60,185 nt of DNA, filler included, from Sphacelaria rigidula (GCA_964200075.2; 4 parts of 4 records of this genome joined end to end with filler, not necessarily neighbours in it); one strand, 5' to 3'; shown: positions 36,205-49,807, numbered from the whole stretch's first letter. The notes: generated from the letters alone by a model not told the origin. Program-made: numbers and translations.

Positions 36205-39169
36205 GTGGAGAAGTATATCCATGCTAAGTGGGTATATAACTGGAAGGCTGATGAGTTTGGGTGGCCGACAAAAATGAGGTCAAGACTAGTAGCAAGAGGA
36301 GACATGCAGAGAGCAGACATGGATTTTGGAGAGCTGTATGCCCCTACCGTAGCTGTTTCTAGTGTGTGTTCCTTGACTGCTATGGCTTGTTAAGAGAACC
36401 TTGCACTTCGTCATTTCGATATTAAACAAGCTTTTGTACAGTCCGAGTTGGAAGAGGATGTGTCCATGCTGTTGCCGCCTGATTGCGGTAGCTTGTCTGC
36501 AAAAATTGTTCGTTGCACGGCTTGAAACAAGCAAGTGGGCATTCGCATAATCACTTAGCAACATGTTTGAACGTTTTGGAATTTGATCAATGCTTGGCGA
36601 ATTCGTGTGTATTTCGATTGATGGAGGATAGTAGGGTGATTATCACCATCAACAACGTTTTCGTGAGAATGAAAGTAGAGCGTTGACTGAGAGTGGCTTT
36701 GATAATTCGCTATAACTTGGCCAATTTTTTATCCTCTGTGTGCTTTTCTTTGCCTCCATCACTGGCGTGTTTTTACAGCTACACGTCGATATCCTACTCA
36801 GGGATATCAAGGGCCTCAGTGGCAAGCTACTCCGGAAAGCATATTTGGCCTCGGGGAGGGTCATCTTGGAACTGAAACGATTCATTCACAAATTGACCGC
36901 TTTTCACTCTCAATCGTATCTTCTACTCTCAATCTCACGAAAACACTGTTCATCGTGGTACATGTCGACGATATTTTTGCAGTAGAAGGAGAGATGTGAC
37001 GAGTGTGGTAGGGATCTCAACACAATGGTTCCGGTGAAGAACCTTAGAGACTTGCGTTGATATTCTGGATTGTACTATGAGAGGGACATTGCAAGAGGGA
37101 CTATCAAGATTTGACAACAGACATACGCAGAAGAATTTGCGAAGGAGTATGGTATAAAATTGGGAAAGAGTATTCCCATTTCGGCTGGTGTGAAGCTTGA
37201 AGATTTCAAAGCAGAAGAACAGGCAACGAAATTTCCATTTCGGGAGTTGGTAGGATCACTGATGTGGCTGGCAACTCAAACAAGGCCAGACATATCCAGC
37301 GCAGTACGTCCAGTAGCGAGATATTGTGCCTCTCCTAAACTCATTCATCGGCGCACTGCCCCTGGGGTTCTGAGATATGTGAAGCGTACAAGTTCACTGG
37401 GGGTCACTTTCTGTAGAGATAGCGTACCTGGATTGAACTTCCAAGTGTTTGCGGATGCTGACTATGTAAGCAAGGCAGCTGATAGACGGTCGGTATCTGG
37501 GGATGTGGTAATGTGTGGGAGTGGATGTGTATCTTGGTTTTATAGGGCGCAGAAGTGTGTGACGTTGTCTACAACGGAGGCAGAATATGTTGCTGTAACT
37601 GATATCATCAAGGAGGTATTGTTTTTGAGGCAGGTCTGGCGCTTCATGTTGCCGGGGTGGGAATGCCGTGCGTCCCCGTGTTCGAGGATAATGAGGGAGC
37701 TATAATACAGCTTGCACAGAACCCTGTAACGAACTCCAATTCCAAGCACATTGACGTGTGGTATCATTTTATCAGGGAGTAGGTGGCAAGGAAAGAGACT
37801 TCGATTATACACGTAGCATTGGAATTCCAGTATGCAGACTTCTTAACTAAGGTATTGCCGACGGAAACACTCACATTTCACCTTGATTTCGTGATGAGAG
37901 TAATGTAAATTCTCCGATGTTATCATGTGTTGATTTGATTTGAATAATAATAATTTGGGTCGAGGTTGGATTCACCCGGTATACTGATTTGGTAGTTTCT
38001 CTTTTCTTTATTGATACGAGTTGAATAAATTGGTATATTGATGATTTTTGGTTGTTCCAAGGGAAAATGTGGGAACTGATGATTGATTGAGATTGATATT
38101 CAAACATCAAATTTTTTCTTGTGGTGTACTGACTGACGCAAACGGTTATTGAAACGAAGCGTGGATAGGTTACGAAGAACTGAACATATTCAGGATTCGA
38201 GCTTCCGACTGCAAAAGTAGGCGAGTTTGCGACGTCTATGCGTGGCTGACAAGTAGTTTTTCCTGACGGGATCATGCTCTTTTTTTTTCATTTCTTGGTA
38301 ATATAGTGCTGGACTTGTGTTTGGCGGACATGGAATATTTTTCCGTTTTGAGAATGATCGACAACATCTTCAATTTTCAGGGTAACATTTTGTGAAAGAA
38401 GGGAGGCAGTAGCTATTTTGGATATGTGTTTGAATTTGTAGCAATCGACTCATTGAAACAAGGAGTTGGGGACATCGAAAGTTTTGTGAAAGAAGATGAA
38501 ATTTATTTTTCAGGGAGTTAATTATTTTGGAAGATGGTATATATGTTAAATTGGCATTGCCTCAATGGTATACGGAAGGTGCCTTGCCTGGGATACATTA
38601 TTCTCAGGATAAAATATGAGGATTTGGCTACGAGCAGGGAGGCTGATCGATTTTGCCCGCACCAAGTGTTCCGAAAAGTTTTCCTGGAGTCGAATTGTAC
38701 CTCAATCAATGATCGGGATTAAACGGTAGAAATCAGGTACTAATGGGGCGGATGATCTCGGCGGTTAATCGGAGTATGAAATGTAGTGGAATTCGGTTGC
38801 TGGCACAATGGTGTGCCACAAAGCCTCGGAGCTGAGATATGGGATATCATGGCGCTGAGTTTGTGGTTTACAGAGAAGCGGGATTGTGGTTAATCATGGA
38901 GCTGCAATGTGGTGTTTCGCGAAGCTGGGAGGCGCTTCATTCGCATGTATTTTCGGGAAGGGGTCATATGTGAATTTAATTGTGCGCGCTGGATAAAGTG
39001 CACCCTGATATCACTTCTCCTGTCGTCCCATAGTTTTGGCTCTTGGTGTTCGGGTCTCCAGCTTTGAGAGCATATAGACTAGTATGATAAAAGGTGTATG
39101 ATTTTCAACATTTTCTGCTTTCTATCTGCTCTTGGACCGTGACCGGCCCATGCAGAGTTTTCATTCACG
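36205..39169 (+). mobile_element. Copia relic: RT-RNase H pseudogene (36205-37900), long 3' region, PPT and probable 3' LTR (38969-39169)
   Basis: KWVY..K...RSRLVARG, FDIKQAF, VVHVDD, TRPDI, FADAD...RRSVSG, STTEAEY, SKHIDV, ADFLTK; GGGAAGGGG shortly before TGTGAAT...ATTCAC(G). Confidence 0.85.
36651..36950. mobile_element. 300-bp MITE inserted in the Copia RT
   Basis: TIRs AACAACGTTTTCGTGAGA / TCTCACGAAAACACTGTT; CATC duplicated; removal restores VIITIVVHVDD. Confidence 0.9.
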
Positions 39170-39206
39170 TCACCACGCCGCAAGGCAGGCTTTTGCCTCT
39201 TTGCCA

Positions 39207-41560
39207 TTAGGCTGTACAGAACATGTCCCACAAGTCCTTGTTTACGTAAGGTATACCCTCCGAATCACTCGACACTTTGATGTCTTCCGCTGCCAACAGG
39301 GTCGCCCCTGATGGTGTATTATCCGGTGTGACTTCCTCGGCTACGTCAGACATATCTTCCGAATCATTCAACACTTGTACGTCAGACATATCCTCCGAAT
39401 CATTTAACACTTGGGTACCTTCCGCTGACAACGGGGTCGCACTTGATGGTGTGTTATTGGTGTGAACGTCGAGCTACGTTTGTCGAATGGTATCCATGGT
39501 GCATCGGGGGTAGGGCGGAATTCCTGCTATGGTCAAAGATAGGACGCTCGAGTGTTTGCGGAAGAACGCTGCGCCTAGTACTAATGCATACGGAAAGTCC
39601 TTGACTACACGTACTGCTACGTTGCGTACTTTATCCTCCGGGGGGAAGATGACTGGGGATGTGGAAAAGCCTAGGATTTCCATTGGCGGTACCATGTTTT
39701 CCTCTGGATTCGCTGCTCTCAACACGCCTGCACCTCTCTTATCTAGCTCGCGATCAGGGGTTCCTCCTCACTTACAAATCGAATGCCAGAAAGTACCGGA
39801 CACGGAGGTTGCCCCACCAGCTCCCGTGTCCAACCGGACGGAGACAGGAAGTCGCATGCTCAACTTATGAGGGTGTCAGATTTTCGCCTGTACCCATACT
39901 TGGGTTTTGTGGTTTTTGCTTGCGGCTAATCGTTCGGCGGCTGCCGCAACTTCTTCCCCTCCTTCGAGTATTGGTACGTGGTAATACTCGCTTCCTGTTG
40001 AACTCGTACTACTAGAGAGTTTCGGAGATGACACATTGTTGGGGTTACCACGTGAGCGAGATGCTACCCGGGGCGCGTCTTCACGTGGTGTGTTCTGCTT
40101 CATCTTCGTGGTCGCTCTCGAGCTCGAGTCCGATAATAGCGGAAATCATTTCGAATTGTTCAGGGGTTACAGTGAGACGATGTGATTTTTTGTTGGGTGG
40201 TTCCATTTGGTTATCTCGCTATGTGCGCTTCGCTCCCCCCGGTTGTGACCGAGAGGTCTGAGAGTAAAAACCTTTAGGTAAGATATTTACTTCGTGTATG
40301 TAGGGGCACCGCGGGCGTCTGCATTCTATACAAAAGGCGTGTCGAGAGCAGACTCGTGCGTTGCGTAAGAAATCAATGATCTCCGTACGTGGTGACTCCG
40401 GTCGTGGGAGGCTACCGATCGTTGCAGTGCCTACTTGACCTTGTGTCGTGGTGGCTGAGCCGTCTCTCGGGTATGTATTTTCGCGAGGGATGCTAGTGAG
40501 TTGATGAGGTTTCCCCGAGAAAAGTACGCCATGCTGACCCGGTATTGAGGCGGCCTGATTGGAAAAGGCTGCAATGGTACTCTGACAACTTAGGGTTGGG
40601 GTCGCTGACTGCACGTGGGTGCGCAGTGATGACATGTTAGGCGTGGCTGTTGCGACATGTTCTGCTGTGTTTGATTGATTGGTTGGTTGGTTGATTGTCG
40701 CCCTTTAACTGACCCCCCAGGGGTCCAGCCGTGGTGTCATGATAGATGTACCCAAGAAAAACGAAACTGAAACACGCTCTGAAGACAAGAAGGAACAGAA
40801 AGAAAAACAAATTCGGACAGAATGACGTAGCAGACCAATTCGTAACAAAAAAATTAATAAAAAGGTCAACACAAGCAAGCACAGAAAGAAATGACCGACC
40901 TGACACAAAAAAAGGGAAATAAGAGGGAAGTAAAAAGCAAAAGAGATAAAATACAACAAAACGATAAAAACCCAAAAATAAAAAACTCCAAGGGGCATGT
41001 GTATGAGGGAAAATGGCTGGGCTTGGCTGTATATCCACGCTACCCTTGCTACATGCTGCGATAGCGTTGTGTCTGGCAAGGATTGCCTCATCCAGATCTT
41101 GTTTCGAATTTCCCATCAGTGCACGGAGTTCGGCGATGGACGCTGCGCGAGAAGTATTACGCGAGGAAGGTTTGGTGATAGGTGCTGAGTCTAGGTGTAC
41201 TGTGCTCCTGTTTCCTGTCGAAGGAAATTCTCCCTGCTACCTCTCCTCTGTTGATCATCTTTGCCCCCACTAGGTTCTGCGCTTCTACACGTGAAGGTCG
41301 TAGTTCTAGTGACAACTCTCATTACCTGGTGATGCTTGGTAAATTGCAGACTAGACTAGTCCAAGTCAGAGGTATTGAGTCTGAGTGCTCCTTCAATGAG
41401 GTCGTTGAGGTGGGCTCCGGAGATGTATCTCCAGAATATATCTCGTCGGACGCGTGAGGCATTTCTGAATCTACGGCGAAGGCTCTGCGTAGAGAAAAAC
41501 TAGGCGGCGGGCGGCGGCCGACCAAGCTTCCCCCTGCTGTCTTCTATACAGGGTTATGAT
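39207..41560 (-). mobile_element. Second Gypsy-like relic (gag/protease)
   Basis: - strand LLDTGAG at ~39820-39840; LRAAN...EILG...ALVLGAAFFRKH retropepsin signature; Cys/His cluster CIECRRPRCPYIH; 36-bp in-frame duplication at 39340-39412. Confidence 0.6.
40670..40990 (-). mobile_element. (TCAA)n-tailed non-LTR 3' fragment inserted in the Gypsy-like relic
   Basis: Reverse complement of the 53970-54248 sequence, with (TTGA/TTGG)n tail. Confidence 0.8.
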
Positions 41561-42029
41561 CCACCCTGTAACACGTATCCAAAGGAAATGCCGTCCAACT
41601 TGAAGTACGGGGGTACCTTCTGCCACTCTTGCGAGACTGCTTGGGAGACGCTATCTCGGGAAAAGAAGGGAGCTTTTCATTAATCGCAAGATAGTTGTTA
41701 AAGGTCATTTCTATAATCATCTACATGATCAGGGACCCGCTGTTTGAGAGAGTGATCCCCCCTGTTGAATAGAATAGTGCCCGTCCACACATGAAGCAGC
41801 TCTTTACACAACACAGCGCGACGTGGGCTTCTTCCGGTCCGGGGCACTTGGTCAATAGAGTGCGTGTCCTTCATCCCCACGTACCTACGCGTTGAATACA
41901 TTTAGGCGTGCAGATCGGATACTCCGTAGGATGCCGGAGACATCTTACGCACAAAAGTAGGGAAAATAACGTGGGCACGATTGCAACCGTGAGTCGAGTA
42001 TATGAACGTACAGTACTCTCCATTTTGTG

Positions 42030-42450
42030 CATGTTGGTAGTAGGCGCAAAAGGTCGGTGCAGTACGGACGACTACCGAAGCGACTGGCATCCCGAACACT
42101 AGTGGGGGAGGAGGATCCAGGGCCAGGGTGCCCTGAGCAAAACTCACTGAAGTGCCTGCGGGACGATTTTCAAGCTTTCGGAGCCACGAACGGCTCGACG
42201 GACGACAACCGACAGACGTTCGGAGTCGAAAGTGCCCTTTGGCTTTCAACAGCGAAGGAAGGGGGGTACCACGGCACGCGGGGGTGCTGCAGGGAGCGGA
42301 GAGGTTCATGACCTCTTGGCACAAGATCGAGGAATACGCCAGCCGACTGCATGCGATTAAACGGGAGCTTTGAGGAGAGCAGGGAGGAAATGGAAGAATG
42401 CGCAGCCAGCGTGTACCGAACTGAACATGGCGGAAGTGGCAGGACCCCCC
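42030..42450 (+). pseudogene. 3' end of an RTE-like LINE ORF
   Basis: GRLPKRL...PGPGCPEQNSLKCLRDDFQAFG resembles the RLPK...GRP...W..CL.DD C-terminus of RTE-type LINEs. Confidence 0.5.
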
Positions 42451-43027
42451 ATAATTTGCCCTTGTATTATTCCTTCCTACTATTTGCTGACCTTCATGCA
42501 CCCCTCCCCCGAGGTGGTGTGTGTTGTTATGTGATGTTTTTCCTGCTATGCCTAATATATGCATACTCATAGCTGTCCCTCTAGAGGTAAAGGGATAGAA
42601 CCCTGCGATTCTTATCGTTTTGGCTGGTGATCGTGGTTCTTGAGTTCGGCTCCCTTCCTGTTTGGCTTCGCGTGTTGAGTGGACCAATGAGCCCTGCCTC
42701 CAGCAGCCCGAATGGTCGCATACGGCATCGGAACTTAGGAGGCTAGCATTTTCTTTTCTTCTTCTTCTTTTTCTTCTTCTTTTTCTTCTTCTTCTTTTTA
42801 TTTTTTTTATTTGTGTTGTATCGCGTATGTGTGAATTTTTCTGGGCCCCACTTTATCTTTGACTTTATTTTACCCTAAATTGGGGTACAGTATCAATAGC
42901 TAGCCTGTGACCTCGGAAGGCGTCCGCATCAGATGCCCAGTATAGAGTACCAGGTATTGCGCAGATATTTGAAGGGTTTTTCATGTGAAGACAACAACAG
43001 TACAGTATCGGTCTAGCCCCCATTGAA

Positions 43028-43125
43028 TGACTGATTGATTGATTGATTGGTTGTCGCACTCTAACTGACCCCCCAGGGATCCAGCCGTGGTCACACGGTG
43101 ATAGACGTACCCAAGACAAAACAGA
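43028..43125 (-). mobile_element. (TCAA)n-tailed non-LTR 3' fragment
   Basis: (TGAT)n-GTTGTCGCACT.TAACTGACCCCCCAGGG.TCCAGCCGTGGTC. Confidence 0.8.
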
Positions 43126-43301
43126 AAGAGTCGAACAGCGGGGGGCACTTTCGAAGCCACATCCCTAACACTGCTGCTGCTTCTCATACCGGGATCGTTT
43201 AAATTTACGCGCGTAGGTACGTGAAGAGGACGAGAGTCATGATGCCTCGTTCAGTATACCTGGAAGCTGCCTTGTGCTCACGGTAATCTCGATCCTTGCA
43301 A

Positions 43302-43423
43302 TTAAACCTCTGATCGCGATGGGAGGTCACCTGCGGAATCGGCATCAATTGTTTTTTCAAGTTTTCACTTGAAAATTTATGTGTAATCCAGATGGACTAC
43401 CCGCATCACGGTCCAAGGGTTAA
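43302..43423. mobile_element. piggyBac-like mini-MITE, copy 3
   Basis: TTAA|ACCTCTGATCGCG...CACGGTCCAAGGG|TTAA with shared core. Confidence 0.75.
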
Positions 43424-43453
43424 GCTGGTACAGTGGTCATCCCCCATTACCCT

Positions 43454-44815
43454 CGTAGGGATCTCAAGAAACAGTTTTTGGGATACACACAAAAATAAAG
43501 CAATAGAAAAGGAGGGTAAGGCACAGATGTAGGCAAGATGGACGTGATCCTCGAAGACTCACCTAGATACTAGGATTGAGAGATGTAACAAAATTTGACT
43601 GAACGGTCGACGAGGGAAAGGGACTGCTGAACCCCTTTCGCGATAAAAAAAGGCAAGCACCACAAAAGAAAGGGGTAGAACTGAAACAAATTAATTAAAT
43701 AAAAATTAAGTCCTGTGTTGGCCTTCCTCCTGTGTGACCCCGGCTTGTGCGCCCACATATACCGAAAGGTATAGACCGGCGTCTAGAAGAGATGGGATGA
43801 CAATACACACACACCCTGATGAACGTGATCGTACTAAACGTGGAATATGCAGGAAAAGTATGGAAGGGGAACGTGAAGTTGAAGAAGTTGGAAAATGTAC
43901 AGATGGCAGCAGCTAAGAAAATACTTGGGTGCTCGAAAACGACGAGTGACACAGCTTTGAGTTGGGAATCTACGAAGTGCCCACTTAAAACAGAGACATG
44001 AGGACATTGAGATGGCAATATAGCGTCAAGAAATAGCAGAGATAGAGACTGCCAGCGATAGTTGATAGGGCTGTATGGAAGAAAATGACGAAAGGTCAAG
44101 CTAGAATAAGGTGGGATAGCGAAGTCGAGAAGGTACAGAAGGGCATAGGAGAAAACCAAGAATACTGTGCATAGGTGAAGGGGCGGGTATAAGACAGAAG
44201 TGAAATGCATGATAGAATTGAGGGAAATAAAAATACTCAGACGCAAGAAGACGGGAAAGAACACCTGAAGATACACGGGGTGTTGAGAGAGGGGATAGGG
44301 ATGAAAGCATATCTGTATGGTTCGATGTACGCGGCGAAAAATTGAAACTGCGGCTCCGGGTGGGGGACCTGGACCTGCCAGAAAGAAGAAAGGGATATAC
44401 CAGTAGTATGATAGTCGAGGGGAGAGGAAGTAGATGCACAGAAATGCCCCTTTGGCAAGCAAGAGAGAGCTTATATAGTGGTAAAATGTAAGCAATACAA
44501 GAAGAAACGAGACGTGCTAGTGGGGGAAATGCGGGACGTGAATGAAGGTGACATGAAATCGTTTGATGCACTAGACAGGGAGAAAACGATGGCTATCCTA
44601 GGAGATAGATGGTGGCCACAGATGGCGAAACAGGACGTGGATAAGATACAACATGTGTCAAATGTTCTTCTCATGTATGGAAGAAGCGTGATGAGCACCG
44701 GAATGTTGGAGGTGTCTTTTTCAGGAGGAGGAACGGTGCTCTGTCTCGAAAGGGGTGCGTGGTCAATGGTCAAACGACTAAGGCAAGTAAAAAATGAGTT
44801 TCCCCCCCTCCCCTA
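43454..44815 (+). mobile_element. 5'-truncated poly(C)-tailed LINE with 12-bp TSD
   Basis: LINE C-terminal peptides (NVIV..VEYAGKVW, ILGDRWWP); common 3' tail; CCCCATTACCCT at 43442-43453 and 44816-44827. Confidence 0.8.
43587..43814 (-). mobile_element. Short interspersed repeat nested in the LINE (related copies at 55836-55940 and, weakly, 11745-11830)
   Basis: CCTTTCGGTATATGTGGGCGCAC.AGCCGGG..CACACAGGA.GAAGGCCAACACAGGA; interrupts the LINE frame HLDTRI.RC|.LMNVIV. Confidence 0.7.
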
Positions 44816-45220
44816 CCCCATTACCCTTCCGTCGCGCTGCCCCCGCGCAGGGCACGGCGTTCTTGTAGGCATTGCGTGAGCTTGTTGACCCAGCTCGAAC
44901 ATTTGCGCCCCGTAGAATGACTACTAAATACTGAACAGCTGTAATATCATTGAGCAATCATGTACGTGTGGTTATACTCTAAAAGGGGCACATCAGCACA
45001 ATAAAAACACCCTCGCTCAATGCTTAGCACGCGGTCACCCTGCATGCTGTGGCGAAATCACGCCGTCACGGTTGAGTATATAGTGGATCCTGGATGATGA
45101 CCAGGGGACAAGGGCATCCTNNNNNNNNNNNNNNNNNNNNNNNNNNNNNNNNNNNNNNNNNNNNTTAATTAATTAANNNNNNNNNNNNNNNNNNNNNNNN
45201 NNNNNNNNNNNNNNNNNNNN

Positions 45221-46443
45221 CATATCTCAGATCAAACCGCCGAAAATCCACGGATATCCACGGACGAAATTGTCCTGCATGCCGGATAACTTAGAATTCG
45301 AAGTTTAAAAATGATCGTTCTGTATAAGCGATTCGCCTATATGGTTTTGAAATTGTACTCCGTACTTCATCCGTGCGTTCTCCGTAGCATCACTCAGACC
45401 AATCCGCTGAAAAACCACAAAATCCCACGGATAAATTGTTCCGAATGCCGGGTAAGTTGGAATTCGAAGTTCAAAAATATTGTTCTGGATAAGCACTTCG
45501 CTGATACGGTTCTGAAATTCTGCTGTGAACATGCAAACCGCGCTTTGCACGGACACACACACGCGCGCGCGCGCACCCACCCACCCACCCACCCTACACA
45601 CACACACTCTCTCTCTCACACACACACGAGCGTGCGCCTCGAGCTGGAAGGCGTAATTCGAACTTGGCGTCAAGATCTCCCCTTTCAGTTGGAAACTACT
45701 GTGCTGCTATTGGCGTCATTCTTGAGGAATGTATTCCATGCTCTTTGTTGTGGTGGATAGCCGTAGTCCTGGGTCTAGCGCTGCTGCTATTGCGCGTCTG
45801 CCACCCCACCCCCCGTCACCCTGTCCTGTAGGGTGACATTCAAAATTCAAATATGTACTGTTCATTATTCTCGATTGTTTTTTTTCTTCAAGGGATTCGA
45901 CCTTACATGTGCGCTATTTAATCCGCCATCCCCCCTGTCCAGCAGCTGGAATTCAAAGCAAAACAACTACTTTCGTACTTTTTGGTATTAATCCGCGGAT
46001 CTCCATCCATTTCCCGCGGATAACCGTATCGGTTTCACGGATTACTGCGACGGTGCACCGCGGGGAATTGCCGCGGTTTGTGCGGATTGTTCCACGGAGG
46101 GGGGCAATCCGCTCCGTGAAAAAATCCATGCCACGGATATCCGCTCCGCAATAATCCGTGACATTTTCATTGGCGGATATCTGCCCCGTGAAAATCCGTG
46201 AGTTTTCCCACTGACGGATGTCCGCCCCGCTCCGTACCATATTAAAAAAATCCGCACCGCACCGTGACATTTTCGTTGGCGGCTATCCGCTCCGCAATAA
46301 TCCGTGACATTTTCGTTGGCGGATATTCGCACCGTCATAATCCGTGATTTTCCACACACACGGATATCCGCTCCGCTCCGCTCCGTGAGGTTTCGAAAAA
46401 AAATCCGCTCCGCGGAGCGGATTGTCGTCCGTACACATCCCTG
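45221..46443. mobile_element. One end of a hAT-like non-autonomous DNA element with subterminal repeats
   Basis: Terminus CAGGGATGTGTACGG on the - strand; many CGGATATCCG / ATCCGCTCCGC / ATAATCCGTGACATTTTC repeats; the other end is probably in the gap. Confidence 0.55.
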
Positions 46444-48769
46444 GTAAACACGACCTAAATAAAGTGGGAATTCAAGAGTCATGCGAGAAAGAGGGGGCGG
46501 AAATATGATGCAAATTTGAAGAGTACGTATGGATAGAGAAAAAGCGAGAGGGGCAGAAGTACAAGAGCAGGGTGAGCGATATACAACGGAGGTTTGGAGA
46601 GATAGCAGCAGATGTACATGAGTATAAAAAGCAAGGAGAAGGAATGTTAGTGGGAGATTTTGATGCAAGAGTAGAAAGAGCAGGTCAGCCGGACGATATC
46701 ATTGGGCAATACGGGGAAGGTAAGACGAACACGAACGGGGTAGACATGCTGAATTCCTCGAGCATAACGAGATAAAGACGCTGAACAAAAGAGCACAAAA
46801 GCCAGGGGCGCAATGGAGATAGGCTGGAGAATGCAAGAATAATATAGAACATTCCACTCTTGACTATAGAGTAGTGGATCAGGAAAATAGTAAAGAAATG
46901 GAAGTACGTGTATGCGCGGAGGACGTGGGAACCATAGATCACGACCTAATATGGACAGAAAGCCAACAAACGAGAGCTAAACAAAATAGGCGGGGTAGGA
47001 AGTTGTACAAATGGAGAACCGATAAACCAGATATGGAAATGAGACGGCAAGAGTTTCAAGAAGAGATGGCCAAAAATGCAGTTATTTTTCCGAGCTGTCG
47101 GAATGCGTAGGTACAGGTGATACTGGAATGATAAGAAATCGGGTAGGAGCAAATATTGTAGAAGGATGGGAGTTGGGCAAAAAAATAGCGAGTGAAGTTA
47201 TAGGAAGAAAACTGATGGTATGAGGAAGTAAAAAGAGGCTGTAAGAGTAAGGAGAGCCCCATGCGAGAGGGACATCGAGTAAAACTAGGGCAGGATAGGA
47301 GGTTCACACTAAAGCTCGGAAGGAAGTAAAAAACCTAGCACAGCAGAAGAAGAATGGGGTATGAGATGTAGTAAAAAAAAATCAAGATTTCGATGGCGGG
47401 ATGAGACATGCGTGGGTAGGGATAAAAGTGACAATGAGAAACGAGGCAAGGAACATAAAAATGGTCAGTAGTTCGCAGGGGAAGAGAGAAGTGCTAGTCG
47501 AGCATTACCATAAACTAGAAACACCAGAAACAAACACGGAGTTCGACATAAAATTCGAAAAAGAAATTAACGCGAGGGCGGAGGCGAATGTAGAGGCGTC
47601 AAAATGGGGGAATAGAGGCTCGAAACAATTGCAGAGAGAGTGTACCAGAGATGAAGTAAAGGCGTGAGTAGCTAAACTCGACAACAAAAAGATAGGAGGG
47701 GAAGACGGAAGAGTGAATGAATTTCTCAAGTACGGGGGAGAGGGAATGATTACCACGATGGTTATGCTGTATAGCTGGATCTGGGAAAACGAGTACACAC
47801 CCACGAGATGAGGAAAAGGGGCAGTCGTCAATCTTTTCGAAAAAAGGAGATAAGGCTGACCCAGGAAAGTATAGAGGAATAATGCTACTGAGCACGGTAG
47901 GGAAAACATGCTGTAAGATTCTAAACGATAGAGTAGGAACGATGCTAGAAAAGGAAGACAAAATCAGCGAAGAGCAAGCAGGGTTTAGACCTAACCGTAG
48001 TTGCGTGAACCATGTGTACACACTAGGTAAGATTATTAAGGGTAGGAAAGACACCTGGCTGACAACGTACTGTTTTTTTCTGAACGTGTAAAAGGCTTAT
48101 GACACAGTATGGAGACATGGATTGTGGAAAAAGTTGTGGGAAGCTGGGGTCAGAGGAAAGATATGGAGGATGGTGAAGATGACAGAATGTGCCAAAAGTG
48201 CCATGATGCTAGACGGGGGAATATCGGAATATTTTTATATCTGTCCATAGATAAAGGCGCGGGGCACAAAACGAAACCAACAGACATGGTCGAAGTAAGG
48301 GGAAAAGGAGCGCTCAGACGCAAAGTAGACGAGGAAGAACACCTGGAGATATACGGGGGGTTGAGAGAGGGGATAGGGATAAAAGCATATTTACATGGCC
48401 CAATGGACGCTGCGAAAAATCTGAAACTGTGATTTCGGGTGGGGGACCTGGACCTGCCAGATAGAAGGAAGAGGTATACCAGTCGTCGTATGGAGGAGAG
48501 GGTAGATGGACAGAATTGCCCGTGTGGCAAAGCAATAGAGAGCAGAAGTCATATAGTGGCAGAGTGTGAACTATAAACAAGGAGGAACGGGACGTTCTGG
48601 AGGGGGAAGTGTGGGACGTGAACAAAGATAGCATGAAATGGTTTGATGCGTTAGACAGTAGGGAGAAAAAGATGGTTATACTAGGAGATAGATGGTGGCC
48701 ACATACAGCGAAACAGGACAGGGATAAGGCATGTAAAAGGTTTTGTGTAATGTATGGAAGAAACGTAAT

Positions 48770-49178
48770 TGTGCACTTGTGAGGTGTTTGGTATGGCCGT
48801 GGTGCGCTTCCTCGCAGTGCACCGTTATATAGCGGAGCACGGGAATTGTCACGAGAGATATTGACGGGTTGAACAGGCGGCGTACCCGAGTGGGGCACTG
48901 CATCGCCGTCCTTTGCATTATTCGTTCAGACGTCATCCGCTGGTGTACAGCTCTATTTGAGCCTTCTCTCTCTGAATCTCAGCCCTAAGCCCCAACAATA
49001 GAGCTCACGATATAGAGCTGCGGAGCCGTTCTGGCCTTACTAAACACTGGCTACAGTACTGGTTTCCGGACTGTTCTTGTTGGCACTTTGTACTGAACCG
49101 CAGTGCTCTTACCAGGCTGGTTGACCACATGCCTGAGAACCCACGTATGAGATCTATGTCCGATACATGACCTGCACA
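48770..49178 (-). repeat. 3' LTR of the Copia element
   Basis: Direct repeat of 52173-52581; purine tract adjacent at 49179-49188 on the - strand. Confidence 0.95.
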
Positions 49179-49807
49179 CTCCTCCACTATCGTACAGCGG
49201 TAACATCAGAGAGCTGATACGATCACATCCAACATTCTAGATACGAGACAAACGTATCTAATCGTTGAATGCCATAGAAGCCACGTGGTGGACCTGGACC
49301 CTCCGGACTCGTCCCGACTTCCGACGCCGTTTCTGTTTTGACATATTTCGTCGAGAACGGCAACTTGAACGTTTGTTGGCTATGTGCGAGGTTGTTCCTA
49401 CTCGGCATGCATCCCGCACCCTTGAGTGGTCCATCCACTGCCTTTGTCGTTTCCTTCACCGCGGGCTGTTCCTTCGCTTCTTGGTCAAGGCCAGAACCGT
49501 CCGCGCTCGGCACGGATATAATTTCGAGCTTAGCTCCTTCGTTATCGCCCAGCGTCTCCGGTGGTTCGGTGGTTCGGTCTCGTTTACGATCATCTCCGTT
49601 TAAGGAGGCTTGATCCTCCAGTCTGATCTGCTGCTCCTTTCTTGTCTCGGATGCCTCGGTCATTGGGCCCTCGGAGCGCTCGTCCGCGCTTGGAGTCGCA
49701 CGAGTTACAGGCGCCGCCGGTGGCACCCATGGTCCCAGCGGTTCACCGGCCTCTCGGCTCTGAGACTCGTTGCCCTTCCGTTGATTTTCCTCTTCCATGA
49801 TCACTTT

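Noticed and set aside
40637-41116. Phe/Leu-rich 'membrane protein' ORFs (also 43695-44495 and 59099-59467)
   Set aside because: Translations of T-rich repeat bodies or antisense LINE sequence.
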